The notes: generated from the sequence alone by a model not told the origin. 64,000 bases of DNA from Alphaproteobacteria bacterium (GCA_965249135.1 OZ252220.1:1024001-1088000); one strand, 5' to 3'. Shown: positions 28,524 through 37,781, counted from the first letter of the stretch. A program made the numbers and translations.

Positions 28524-28786
28524 CCCGCGCCCTTGCCCGTACCGGAGATCCCATTACCTCCCATGCGGCGGCGGATTTCGTCACGCCACATCTGACCAAC
28601 CTTGAGCAGAAGGTTCTCCAGGCGTTAGAGGATTCGCGTTACGGGCTCACCACAAAACAAATTGCCGAAAAGACCGGGATTGACCGGGTCACAGTAAGCC
28701 CACGGATGAAGCCCCTTAAGAATAAAGGCTTGGTTGTTCGTACCGAATCCCGGCGCGACGGCTCGCAGGTATGGAGGGCGGCGTGA
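28520..28786 (+). CDS. Winged-helix DNA-binding protein
   Basis: ARTGDPITSHAAA...LTTKQIAEKTGIDRVTVSPRMKPLKNKGLV. Confidence 0.75.
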   Translation: MTRALARTGDPITSHAAADFVTPHLTNLEQKVLQALEDSRYGLTTKQIAEKTGIDRVTVSPRMKPLKNKGLVVRTESRRDGSQVWRAA

Positions 28787-28891
28787 CCGCCTTCTGGCTC
28801 ACCTTCTTGGAATGGGCCGGGAAGCTTTGCTTCGCCGTGGCGGTGATGTTGGTCGGGGCAATCTTCGCAATGGCATGGATGGGGTCGTGAG

Positions 28892-29137
28892 ATGACCGGC
28901 GGGCCGCAATTCATCAAGGATCCGCTGGTTATCATATATCGGACTGAACCGAAGGGCCCCATCGTAACGAATATCGTGAAGTCTGATCTCGACCATTGCG
29001 GCTTCGGGCTTCTGATCGCGGACCTGATTCGTCATGCCGCTGCCGCCTACGGCGTGAGCGGGGAAGATGTCGTGGATTGGGTGAACCGGGAAATGAACGC
29101 CCCGACTGCGAAGCTTGAAGGGGGGACGCGGCAATGA
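28892..29137 (+). CDS. Hypothetical phage protein
   Basis: Coupled to next ORF. Confidence 0.55.
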   Translation: MTGGPQFIKDPLVIIYRTEPKGPIVTNIVKSDLDHCGFGLLIADLIRHAAAAYGVSGEDVVDWVNREMNAPTAKLEGGTRQ

Positions 29138-29358
29138 CCGCACTCGCCCGTGACGCGCAAGATTACTGGTCGCTCTGTTGGACGGCTTGGAATGGTCCGC
29201 CGCCGGAACGCGGACCTGCCTGCGACAGGTTGAACTCATTGTCGCTCACGGCCAGCAACCCGGCCTTGAAGAAAGGCGCGTGCTCAACCGTACAGGCAGT
29301 AAGGAAACGGTTCGGCATTCTTCATGTTCTTCCACCGGAACCAAGGGGGGTGACGTGA
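29134..29358 (+). CDS. Hypothetical phage protein
   Basis: ATGA/GTGA coupling. Confidence 0.5.
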   Translation: MTALARDAQDYWSLCWTAWNGPPPERGPACDRLNSLSLTASNPALKKGACSTVQAVRKRFGILHVLPPEPRGVT

Positions 29359-29822
29359 ACAAGTTTGAAAACTTTGCTGTGCCAATTCAAAAGCTGCGCG
29401 GCGACAGGGACTTTATCACTGACAAAGACATCATGGAGCAGCCCGGGATCGCTAACTTCGTTAAAAGATTCCCCGATTACTGGAAGCGTCATCCGCTGCT
29501 AGATGGCTATGCCGGACCTTATCCAGATGAAATCAAGAAATTAACGGAAGAAAAATCAGTGGAAGAACAGCCATGACCAGCCTTCTCCGCAAACTCCGCC
29601 GCCGTGGATTCCGCTTATTGCTTTGGAGGGTGAGGGTATGAACCGGATCGACTTCGAGACACGCGCTTGGGAGATCCTCAACAATATCTCCACGCTGGAG
29701 AGACTTGCCGCCGCCGATCCCGAAGGCGCACGACACGTAAGAGATTGGCTGGCTGACGCGAGCGGCCGGCTTGTCTGCCTATTGGCGAAAATTGAAAGCG
29801 GCCGTTTCAGAAAGGCCGGCTA

Positions 29823-30461
29823 ATGCCACATCAAATCTACCGGACGAAAGACGGCACGCGCGTCCCCTCCGTCACTACCGTGATTTCCCGTTTCAAGGAA
29901 TCCGGCGGCCTCATTCATTGGGCCTGGCAAGAAGGTGTAGATGGCCGGGACTACCGGGAAACCCGCGACAAGGCGGCGGACGCCGGCACCCTCGCGCATT
30001 TGCTCGTCGAACAATGGATCAAGGGAGATACGCCGGACATCGAAGGGCCGGAAGATGTGGTGCAAAAAGCCCAAGCCGCTTTCGGGGCGTTTCTTGAATG
30101 GGCAGGCCAAACACAACTCAAAGTCATCCATTCCGAAGTTCCCTTGATTTCTGAAAAACACCGCTTCGGCGGATGCCTTGACGCCATGCTTATCAAAGGG
30201 AAATTGGCGATCGGCGATTGGAAGACTTCGAATCGCATCTACCAGGACCATCTGATTCAGATTGCAGCTTACGGCGAATTGTGGAGCGAGAATTTTCCCG
30301 CTCAACCGATCGGGGGCGGCTATCACATCATCCGCTTTGCAAAAGATCATGGCGACTTCGCGCACCATTATTTCCCCGACCTTTCGGATGCGTGGCGCGC
30401 CTTTGAACTCATGCGGGAACTTTACGACATCGACAAATCATTGAAGAAGCGGGCAGCGTAA
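29823..30461 (+). CDS. PD-(D/E)XK (Cas4-like) exonuclease
   Basis: PSVTTVI, GTLAH, SE, GCLD, IGDWKTS, QIAAY. Confidence 0.85.
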   Translation: MPHQIYRTKDGTRVPSVTTVISRFKESGGLIHWAWQEGVDGRDYRETRDKAADAGTLAHLLVEQWIKGDTPDIEGPEDVVQKAQAAFGAFLEWAGQTQLKVIHSEVPLISEKHRFGGCLDAMLIKGKLAIGDWKTSNRIYQDHLIQIAAYGELWSENFPAQPIGGGYHIIRFAKDHGDFAHHYFPDLSDAWRAFELMRELYDIDKSLKKRAA

Positions 30462-30472
30462 AGGAGAGGCCA

Positions 30473-30835
30473 ATGGTTAATGTAAACGAGAGCTTTCCGT
30501 CAGAATATCTGCGCGGGACCGATCTTAAGGATAAAGAAGCCGCCGTTAATATCTCTCATGTGGAAACACGCGATGTTGGCGGTGATCCAAAACTGGTAAT
30601 TTTTTTCCAGAATAAAAAAAAGGGCGTCGTCTTGAATAAGACGAATGCCATGAACATTGCTTCCGGTTATGGACCGGAGACGGATAGCTGGATCGGTAAG
30701 AGCGTGATTTTATATCCGGCTTTGGTTGATTTCCAGGGCAAGTCTGTTTTGGCAGTCCGGATCAGACCCAACCCAAACGGTGGGCAGCCAGAGCAGCCGC
30801 CAGTATCGGAACCGCCCGGCGACATACCGTTTTAG
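30473..30835 (+). CDS. Putative ssDNA-binding/recombination protein
   Basis: PSEYL, LNKTN, C-terminal acidic DIPF tail. Confidence 0.65.
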   Translation: MVNVNESFPSEYLRGTDLKDKEAAVNISHVETRDVGGDPKLVIFFQNKKKGVVLNKTNAMNIASGYGPETDSWIGKSVILYPALVDFQGKSVLAVRIRPNPNGGQPEQPPVSEPPGDIPF

Positions 30836-30937
30836 GACACACCATGAGCCGCGTACAGAATGAATTTAGTGTCACACCACCATGTATTCGCGGCATTGCA
30901 CGCGGGATAACATGGCGGCATGTAACGGGGGCCGTCA

Positions 30938-31423
30938 ATGCCGGCCGATAATGCTGCCGCAATGGAAGTCAAAAAAGACGGGCTGCGCCAATGCCAAGAT
31001 GGAACTTGGAAATTATCGCTGACCGTTCATCCAAACGACATGCCAGCAGAACTTATGACAGCAGGTATGGGTACTCGTTATATGGCGGCATTGGTCGAAA
31101 TAGGAGACAACGGGCAGCCTGTTAAGGGGAAGGAAAAGCGCAAGTCAGCCTACTGGGATAAGACGGAAGGCGGGAAGGCGGCAGCACGGGCGGGGATGCT
31201 TTGTGGCGACATAGAATTTCATCAATACCTGACTAAATTAGACTGTTCCGCGCCGTTCGAAGGCCAAGACGGCGTTGAGTGGGCCGCTGAAAATCTCCGG
31301 GCAATATGCGGCGTCATATCCCGTAAAGAGCTTGCCCACAACCCATCGGCCCTCAAGAAATTCCTGCAACTGGAAGCCGCCTACAAAGAGGCCACCGGCA
31401 GACAAGCGGAGGTTAGGGGATGA
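30938..31423 (+). CDS. Hypothetical phage protein
   Basis: AGMLC.D..F...CGVISRKEL motif. Confidence 0.6.
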   Translation: MPADNAAAMEVKKDGLRQCQDGTWKLSLTVHPNDMPAELMTAGMGTRYMAALVEIGDNGQPVKGKEKRKSAYWDKTEGGKAAARAGMLCGDIEFHQYLTKLDCSAPFEGQDGVEWAAENLRAICGVISRKELAHNPSALKKFLQLEAAYKEATGRQAEVRG

Positions 31424-31461
31424 CGGATCGGGAGAACGAACTGCGGCAGGAAGCGGCATAG

Positions 31462-31938
31462 GTGGGAAAGTATGCCGAACATACGAAAGTACCGGCCGCC
31501 CAGTCCCGCGCTGAGATTGAGCGGATCCTTGGCCGTTATGGTGCGTCGGCGTTCATGTACGGAATGATGGCGAACATGGCGGTCGTTGCTTTCGAAATGA
31601 AGGGCCGGAAGGTAAAGATGGTGCTGCCGTTTCTCGATCCAGGGGAAAGGGAGTTCACCCACAACGCGCAGGGTAAGTGCAGGGGGTCCAGTGCCACCGA
31701 AGACTTCTATCAGCGCCACATCCGCCAGCGTTGGCGGGCGCTCGTCCTCATCATCAAGGCGAAGCTCGAAGCCGTCGAGAGCGGCATCACCAACTTCGAG
31801 AGCGAATTCCTTTCCGACATCCTCATGCCGGACGGGATCACGGTCGGCGCTCATGTGAAGGAAAACATCCGCGCCGCCTATGACGGAGGGAATGTGCCGC
31901 CGTTGCTGGAAGGACCGAAGGAGGCGACCGATGCCTGA
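31462..31938 (+). CDS. Conserved phage hypothetical protein
   Basis: SRAEIERIL.RYGA...RWRAL.L.IKAKLEAVESGI. Confidence 0.75.
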   Translation: MGKYAEHTKVPAAQSRAEIERILGRYGASAFMYGMMANMAVVAFEMKGRKVKMVLPFLDPGEREFTHNAQGKCRGSSATEDFYQRHIRQRWRALVLIIKAKLEAVESGITNFESEFLSDILMPDGITVGAHVKENIRAAYDGGNVPPLLEGPKEATDA

Positions 31939-32230
31939 AATCAAGAACGCGAAGATCGTCGGCACCTTCTTGGGCGTTAAGGGCGATGCTCCAACCGCCA
32001 CCATCATGCTTCAGTTCGAGCGCATCCGGCAGATATATGGCGGGTTCGATTTCCGCGTCGCCAACCAGGGCATGGAGTTCATCTACGGCGTCCTGCAGGT
32101 GGCCGGGAAGGACCGATGGGAGGATCTGATGGGCGCGGCCATCCGCGTCGATTGCGATCCGGAACGGATTTATCGGATCGGCCACATCACCGAGGACGTC
32201 TGGTTCGAGATGAAGGGGGAGGGGGAATGA
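31931..32230 (+). CDS. Hypothetical phage protein
   Basis: RBS GGAGG; IKNAKI...IGHITEDVWF. Confidence 0.65.
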   Translation: MPEIKNAKIVGTFLGVKGDAPTATIMLQFERIRQIYGGFDFRVANQGMEFIYGVLQVAGKDRWEDLMGAAIRVDCDPERIYRIGHITEDVWFEMKGEGE

Positions 32231-32402
32231 CCGTCATCCTCACCGAAGAAGAACTGAAAGGAATCGAGGCGAGGCACGAAAAAGCTGGCTGGGAAGCTGG
32301 TGCGTATGTTGGCATGGCGAAGAAGGACATCGCGGCACTGGTCGCCAGCTGCCGGGAACTGCGGGAACTGGTTTTAAGGATGATGGACGGAAGAGGGCCG
32401 AG

Positions 32403-32642
32403 ATGAACTGCCTTTGGTGCGAAACCCCGTTCGAAGCGAAGACCCAGGGCGGCAGGGAGAAGCGGTTCTGCTCTGACCAGTGCCGCTATGCCTTCCGCGC
32501 CTCCTCCCTCCAGTTCACGATTAAGCTGATTGATCGCGCGCTAGTCTCTGCTAAGGACGTTCGCACCCAGAATACCTCTAATCTAACGGTCCGTTACCGT
32601 GGAGGTCCCAAATCGGCCTCCCAGACAGATGAGGCAGCCTGA
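32403..32642 (+). CDS. Small Zn-finger protein
   Basis: CLWC...RFCSDQCR. Confidence 0.55.
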   Translation: MNCLWCETPFEAKTQGGREKRFCSDQCRYAFRASSLQFTIKLIDRALVSAKDVRTQNTSNLTVRYRGGPKSASQTDEAA

Positions 32643-33061
32643 TGGGAGAAGCCGCCCAGAACGCCCCAGAATTGCTGACACCGATTGAGGTGGCGGATCG
32701 GCTGCGCCTTGATCTTAGGGGTGAGCCAGATGAAAGGGAGCGGAAGATCAAGGACTTGATACGAGGGTTGACGGCTCGCAACCCTGGCGTCGTATTCTAT
32801 AGGAAAATTGGCAAAGAATGGCGGTTCACTGAGGAAGACTATAACCGAATAGTGGAGGCTTCGGCATGGCACTCAAACTGTTCCAAAGACGGTCCAGCAG
32901 AAACTGGCAAATCCGGGGAACTATCCGTGGGCAATATGTCTGTCAAAGTACGGGGACGCCAGACAAGAGGAAGGCCGAAGAAGTCCGCGTCCTCGCAGAA
33001 TCAAAGCTCTGGAACCGTAGTATCTATGGGGAAAGAGCGGTCGCAACCTTCCGACAAATAG
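32642..33061 (+). CDS. Excisionase-like HTH protein overlapping integrase
   Basis: LLTPIEVADRL...KIGKEWRFTEED. Confidence 0.7.
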   Translation: MGEAAQNAPELLTPIEVADRLRLDLRGEPDERERKIKDLIRGLTARNPGVVFYRKIGKEWRFTEEDYNRIVEASAWHSNCSKDGPAETGKSGELSVGNMSVKVRGRQTRGRPKKSASSQNQSSGTVVSMGKERSQPSDK

Positions 33062-33855
33062 CCACCGAATACATCGACAGCCACCCACGCGAAGCCAATA
33101 TCGTTAATCGCCTCATCGGCCATTTTAATGCTGAGGAAATTGGCAAGATTGGGCAAAGCCAAATCGACAAAGCCGCCAAAGCCCTCTGCCCAAAGCACAG
33201 CAACGAAACCGTCAACCGCCATATCTATACGCCGATGGCAGCTATCCTCCATCGCGCGGCCGAGGCTGGGTTTTGCGACTGTATCCGGGTGCGTCGGCCA
33301 AAGCTGAAAACGCCAAAAAACAGGGCACTATCTTCCGCCGACATGGAGACCGTCATCAGTGCCTTCAAAGGGGAGCAGCGGGCATTTCTGATTTTTCTCT
33401 ACTACACACGAGCCCGGGTCACGGAGGCACTTAACCTGAAATGGGAATCGGTGGATCTGAAGCGGAAGCATCTCGTTCTATATCAAGGAAAGACGGACAA
33501 CTATCGTGGGGTTCATCTTCACGAAAGGCTCTTCTTGGAACTAGCCAATCTTGAAAAGAACGAGGGGGATTTTGTGTTCCCCTGGCGCACTCGATCTGGT
33601 GTCTATAAATGGCTTCGACCAGTGATCAAGGAGTTAGGGATCGACTTCACGCCCCATGTCGCCTGCCATTCCTTTGCTACGCGTTTGCGCGAACAGGGGC
33701 ATGATCTAAGAAAGATCCAAGAAGCTGGCGGCTGGAAGAGCTATCAAAGCGTGTTGCGCTATGCGTCGGTAAGTTCGAGCGAGATCAAAGACGCGATCGA
33801 TGGCCTTCCTTCTGGTTCAAAAAATCGGCAAGCCAACAAAATCCTCAAAAACTGA
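32866..33855 (+). CDS. Tyrosine recombinase/integrase (possibly inactive)
   Basis: TRARVTE, K, PHVACHSFAT, GGW, RY; second catalytic Arg reads Cys. Confidence 0.9.
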   Translation: MALKLFQRRSSRNWQIRGTIRGQYVCQSTGTPDKRKAEEVRVLAESKLWNRSIYGERAVATFRQIATEYIDSHPREANIVNRLIGHFNAEEIGKIGQSQIDKAAKALCPKHSNETVNRHIYTPMAAILHRAAEAGFCDCIRVRRPKLKTPKNRALSSADMETVISAFKGEQRAFLIFLYYTRARVTEALNLKWESVDLKRKHLVLYQGKTDNYRGVHLHERLFLELANLEKNEGDFVFPWRTRSGVYKWLRPVIKELGIDFTPHVACHSFATRLREQGHDLRKIQEAGGWKSYQSVLRYASVSSSEIKDAIDGLPSGSKNRQANKILKN

Positions 33856-34021
33856 AAAAAGCTTTTTCTCAACTTTTTTTTGCCAACGAATTCAACAATT
33901 AATTTTTTGGCTTAAGGAAACATCAATGACTTAGGCCGTATCCTAAAAGCGCGCATGGTAAAATAGTGTTTGGTGCAGCGCCATTATATTCAACGGCGCT
34001 TGTGAGTCACGCACTGGCTCT

Positions 34022-34041
34022 CTGTTAACCTCTAGGTCGCT
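34022..34041 (+). other. Degenerate tRNA-Asn-like anticodon-loop fragment, possible att remnant
   Basis: CTGTTAACC..GGTCGCT resembles tRNA-Asn(GTT); 170 bp downstream of integrase. Confidence 0.35.
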
Positions 34042-34049
34042 TTGTTACC

Positions 34050-34192
34050 GCTTCGACCAGCCAGGGCAAGTGCCCTATGGACGGCCCGGATCTGCGCCCG
34101 GCTCAAGGTCCAGGCCCGATGTGTTGCCCGGTGGACCCCTTGGTGTGCCAGCTCCCTCAGCGGCGATCACCTAGAGATCGCAAGGCAGCGTA
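34050..34192 (+). repeat. 143-bp direct repeat of 42128-42270
   Basis: Identical except 2 mismatches near the 5' end. Confidence 0.9.
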
Positions 34193-34225
34193 CGGCAATA
34201 GCAAAAAAGCACTGCCGTAAAGAAA

Positions 34226-34534
34226 GGGGATTATATACGATTTTAGCCAAATACTGTCTAACTAATTGATATAACGAGATATTATGTCTCTTGACATTAC
34301 GCCGTCGTAACCCTATATTTCTAGCCATGGGGAGACAGAACATGGCGAAGCGCAACAAACCCGAGATCATGAGCACCTGGGACTTCATGGCGCGGTTCCC
34401 GACGGACAAGGATGCGCCCCACCTGCGGCAGCGGCGCCGCGATGGATATAGCCATCGATGAGAAGGCGGGCAGCACCTGTCGCCGTCGTGATGCAACTCA
34501 CCATCTGACCTGTGACATCCCGTATATAAGTCCC
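34226..34534 (+). mobile_element. IS1595-derived miniature element A
   Basis: Ends GGGGATTATATACG / CGTATATAAGTCCC; internal transposase-like N-terminus MAKRNKPEIMSTWDFMARFPTDKDA. Confidence 0.7.
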
Positions 34535-34658
34535 GAAAATTGCGGTTGCATAACCACTGGCCCGCTCAAGGAAACTTGGGCGGGCTACTCTTTGGCACAA
34601 AATCAACACATAAAAACAAAAAGGCCAATTGAAACAACGCCAGACTTGGTGCGAACGT

Positions 34659-34705
34659 CCTTGGTAAGGGTGAGGTCGAGTGTTCGATCCACTCCGGCGG
34701 CACCA
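34659..34705 (+). other. 3' half of tRNA-Thr(GGT): att core duplicate
   Basis: CC-TTGGTAA-GG anticodon loop, T-arm GAGTG-TTCGATC-CACTC, ends GGCGGCACCA; no 5' half upstream. Confidence 0.85.
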
Positions 34706-34978
34706 CGAAACCCCTTGAAAATAAAGACTTGTAAAAATGTAGCGTCAAAACTAGTTACAGTTATTGACGGAACTTTACGAGAACTAACGTGCAATTACGA
34801 TAAAATACGTGCAAAATCCGCGCACGCCGTTCTTGATGTGTTCCCTAGGGAGGTTTCTTATGACAGCGAAAGACACATCATATCTGGAATTGCTGGAAGG
34901 GTTGGATCCACCGCACTAAGCGCGGCCTACTCAATGCCTGGTATCATCATCAAGAACGGCAAGCCAATTCTGGCTTAA

Positions 34979-35000
34979 GGGAGTCAAGTATATAATTCCC
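34979..35000. mobile_element. Orphan IS1595-type end (near-identical copy at 37869-37890)
   Basis: GGGAGTCAAGTATATAATTCCC vs GGGAGTTAAGTATATAATTCCC. Confidence 0.65.
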
Positions 35001-35041
35001 CAAGCAAACACCAGTGGCCGTCATCGCCACATTTTATCCAT

Positions 35042-35401
35042 TTAACTGTCAGCATCATTCGATTCCTTCATTCCCGTAGTTGACGGCTGCCCCTTCTCGC
35101 CGTCCCGATAGACAAGCTCAAAGCTGTTTTCCAGAATACCGAGCCAGAGCTCGCGTTCGGACTTCGGCCATGTGTCGCCGGACTTGGGGAGCCGATTAAT
35201 AATCCCCCGAATAATGAGGTCTAAACTGAGCTCATTGCCATCCCTGTCGCTCGCATCCGCACCATTGCTAACGTAGCTGGGCACATAGGAGTCGTACCCA
35301 GGTATAGTCAGTTGGCGACCTGAAGTTGTGTCACCACTTTGGATGCCCTTCGGGAATGTTTCAAGCTCTTCCACAGACGCGCCGGTTTTCCGAGCAGCCA
35401 T
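35042..35401 (-). CDS. Hypothetical protein
   Basis: RBS GGAGG; IRGIINRLP..G..WP..ER..WL. Confidence 0.55.
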   Translation of the reverse strand: MAARKTGASVEELETFPKGIQSGDTTSGRQLTIPGYDSYVPSYVSNGADASDRDGNELSLDLIIRGIINRLPKSGDTWPKSERELWLGILENSFELVYRDGEKGQPSTTGMKESNDADS

Positions 35402-35502
35402 TGGTCCCTCCCTAGCTTCCGTTTCTCGTTTTCGGCGAGTGTTCCATATAACAAGACTTTCCTGTTAACTTTTCGTTAATTAGGGGTATGGGTAGTGCCC
35501 CC

Positions 35503-35601
35503 TGCATCTGCAACAGAAAAGGTGTCATTTAAGTCACGATTTCGCCACATCTCTGGCAGTTTAGCGGTGGCTCTTTCCCGGCGCTTTCTTGCTCATGATC
35601 C
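35503..35601 (+). repeat. 99-bp direct repeat of 36885-36983 (IS1595 transposase start remnant on minus strand)
   Basis: 2 mismatches; encodes MSKKAPGKSHR-stop. Confidence 0.85.
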
Positions 35602-35729
35602 GTCCTCTTGTAATGTGACTCTGCTGTAAAGGAACGGCCCAGTAATGCCAACGCCAAAATGCGGTATTAGGTAGCAAACGCACCTAAAATCCCCTCAAAT
35701 CTTCTCGTGGGATTTCATATGCTTAGGGC

Positions 35730-36164
35730 ATGGCCGAGCCGCACGTTGCCACCGCCCTGATCCGCAAGCGCGGGGAGATCGCCGGGCAAATCGAACACGC
35801 TCAAACGGTCCTCCGGCAACTCATCATCGACTTGGACAACCTAGACGCCACGTTGCGCCTATTCGTCCCTGACATCGAATTGGAGGACATCAAGCCAAGG
35901 CCCTTCCCGCCTCGTCACGCGGCCTTCAAGGGTGAGGTAACGCGGATCGTGTTTGAAACCCTCAGGCAGGCCAATGAGCCGATGATGGCCCAGCAAATCG
36001 CTCAACGGGTCATGGCCGAGAGGGGGCTGAATGCTGCCGATAAACGGCTGGTTAGGCTGATTGGGAAGCGGGCCGGGGCCTGTCTAAGGCATTGGCGTAA
36101 TAAGGGACTGCTCAAGTCGAATGCGGGCATCGGACGGCGTATCGTTTGGGAGATTGCGGGTTAG
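35730..36164 (+). CDS. Coiled-coil plus winged-helix hypothetical protein
   Basis: PHV..ALIRKR.EIAG.I...LDATLRLF. Confidence 0.7.
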   Translation: MAEPHVATALIRKRGEIAGQIEHAQTVLRQLIIDLDNLDATLRLFVPDIELEDIKPRPFPPRHAAFKGEVTRIVFETLRQANEPMMAQQIAQRVMAERGLNAADKRLVRLIGKRAGACLRHWRNKGLLKSNAGIGRRIVWEIAG

Positions 36165-36293
36165 TCGCTTTCCTTTTTCACCACTGACAGATTTGCCTTG
36201 TTGTCCTCTATGCGCTTCTTTCGGGCTGCCTCGTATCGCTTGCGAACCTCCGGTTCGTCATCAAGACATCTGGCGATGTATTCTTCAACCGCC

Positions 36294-36806
36294 TCACGGA
36301 TTTGTATTTATGGCCTCTTTCCAATGATCATCCAACTGGAATTGAGTCGCTGTCATTGCGGATTCATCAACCAGGTCAAGCTCTTCAAGGGTTTCAAGTA
36401 TTAGGTCGCGCAGTAACTCTAACTCTTCGTCTGTTGCAAGACATGCAAAGAAAATAATTCGCAGAAGCTTTTCCGCATCACCGGGAATTTCGCACTGGCC
36501 TTTTTCCCAACGCGCAATTGATTGCGGATTGTTACCTAGACGTTCGGCCAATGCGCTTTGTGTAAGGTCTAAAGTATTCCGCAGAAATTTGACATCCTTA
36601 CCTGTTAAACCTTTTCGCTTTGAAACAATGTGACGTCCAATCGCCATATGGAGTTCATCTACATTGCGGACAAAGACGTGGCGTTCCCCTTCATGCTTCT
36701 TAACATCATACCCATTCAGCAAATAGATGCCGTCCAGACCACACGCTTTGTAATGGTATGGCTCACTGCGGACTTCTTCCCCTATTCTGAAAAAATGATC
36801 GCTCAT
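36294..36806 (-). CDS. XRE HTH antitoxin-like regulator
   Basis: YHYKACGLDGIYLLNG; VKFLRNTLDLTQSALAERLG...ARWEKG. Confidence 0.8.
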   Translation of the reverse strand: MSDHFFRIGEEVRSEPYHYKACGLDGIYLLNGYDVKKHEGERHVFVRNVDELHMAIGRHIVSKRKGLTGKDVKFLRNTLDLTQSALAERLGNNPQSIARWEKGQCEIPGDAEKLLRIIFFACLATDEELELLRDLILETLEELDLVDESAMTATQFQLDDHWKEAINTNP

Positions 36807-36836
36807 GAGTCTTCCCATTCCACTGTCTTAATATAA

Positions 36837-37106
36837 GGGGATTATATACGAAAGTCACATTTTACCGGTAAAGAGGATGGCCGGTGCATCTGCAACAGAA
36901 AAGGTGTCATTTAAGTCACGATTTCGCCACATCTCTGGCAGTTCAGCGGTGGCTCTTTCCCGGTGCTTTCTTGCTCATGATCCCGGGGGATTTGTGCTTG
37001 CTCATGGATAGAAATATGGGGATATGACACGCCAATGTTAATCCATAAAATAGTAAGCAATATCAGCTATATAATACTGATACGGCTAGGATTGTATATA
37101 AGTCCC
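36837..37106 (-). mobile_element. IS1595-derived miniature element B
   Basis: Ends GGGGATTATATAC / GTATATAAGTCCC; transposase start remnants inside. Confidence 0.7.
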
Positions 37107-37122
37107 AAAAATTGAGGCCATG

Positions 37123-37151
37123 AAAAAAGGCCGGGGTTACAGCCCCGGCCC
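37123..37151 (-). terminator. Rho-independent terminator-like hairpin
   Basis: AAAAAAGGCCGGGG-TTACAG-CCCCGGCC. Confidence 0.5.
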
Positions 37152-37266
37152 ATGGTCCCCGCTTCAACTAGAAGGCCGCTGCGGGGCAAAGTGAATTTTC
37201 AAGGTGGAGTATTTCCCCCCTGAATCACGAAGTCAAGCGGCCTTCGATTAAACGACGGAGGCCATA

Positions 37267-37593
37267 ATGGCTGACACACCTACAATCGACTGGGCCGGAA
37301 AATCTGGCAAAACATATCGGCATTGGATTTTCCCGCTTCCTCCGAATTTCAAGGCGGAGGAAGGTAACTACGTTTTTGCCAAAGAAACCGCGCCGAATAA
37401 CGGAAAGTGGTTGCCAATCTACATTGGGCAGACGGAAAACCTTAACGAGCGCTTCGACGACCATCATGCAATGCCTTGCATAAAACGAAACGGGGCTACG
37501 CATATTCACGCACACGCGAATAAATCAAAACAGACGCGTCTCGATGAAGAGGCCGGCCTGATAGCCGAATGGAACCCGCCATGTAACGGTTAA
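37267..37593 (+). CDS. GIY-YIG nuclease-family protein
   Basis: GNYVF...IYIGQTENLNER...E..LI..WNPPCN. Confidence 0.75.
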   Translation: MADTPTIDWAGKSGKTYRHWIFPLPPNFKAEEGNYVFAKETAPNNGKWLPIYIGQTENLNERFDDHHAMPCIKRNGATHIHAHANKSKQTRLDEEAGLIAEWNPPCNG

Positions 37594-37781
37594 CGGGTTT
37601 TAGGCCGTTGGGGGTTTTCCGAATCTGAAAAATCGTTTTGGGAAACCCCCATCTGGTCCCTCACGCTCGCTGTCTTATGTAGTTTCGGCGGCGTATTCAG
37701 CATCCGCTTGGCGAGCGCATCCCGGCGTTTCGCCGTCTCTTTTTCGGTCAATTCGTCTTGATTTTTTGAGGACTTAGCCAT
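37590..37781 (-). CDS. Small protein of a type seen beside IS1595 transposases
   Basis: ETAKRRDALAKRMLNTPPK. Confidence 0.45.
   Translation of the reverse strand: MAKSSKNQDELTEKETAKRRDALAKRMLNTPPKLHKTASVRDQMGVSQNDFSDSENPQRPKTR

Larger units (their letters stand above)
25036..28527 (+). repeat. Four-unit tandem gene amplification containing 15-bp minisatellites (GCGGACCTGCGCGGG consensus)
   Basis: Near-identical linker, N-terminal and C-terminal blocks recur four times. Confidence 0.95.
1..34045. mobile_element. Prophage 1 (podovirus-like temperate phage; continues beyond left edge)
   Basis: Contiguous capsid, portal, terminase, replication, cI/cro, early genes, xis and integrase; integrase followed by a tRNA-like fragment. 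Confidence 0.9.

Noticed and set aside
25121-28591. Antisense and alternate-frame ORFs (RRSAP, GGPAR, RTCAG, QVRPA repeats)
   Set aside because: Shadows of the stop-free 15-bp repeat
29823-30461. Cas4 of a CRISPR system
   Set aside because: Stand-alone phage exonuclease in a recombination module; no array or other cas genes
34630-34705. Intact tRNA-Thr gene
   Set aside because: No D-arm or 5' acceptor strand; only the 3' half is present
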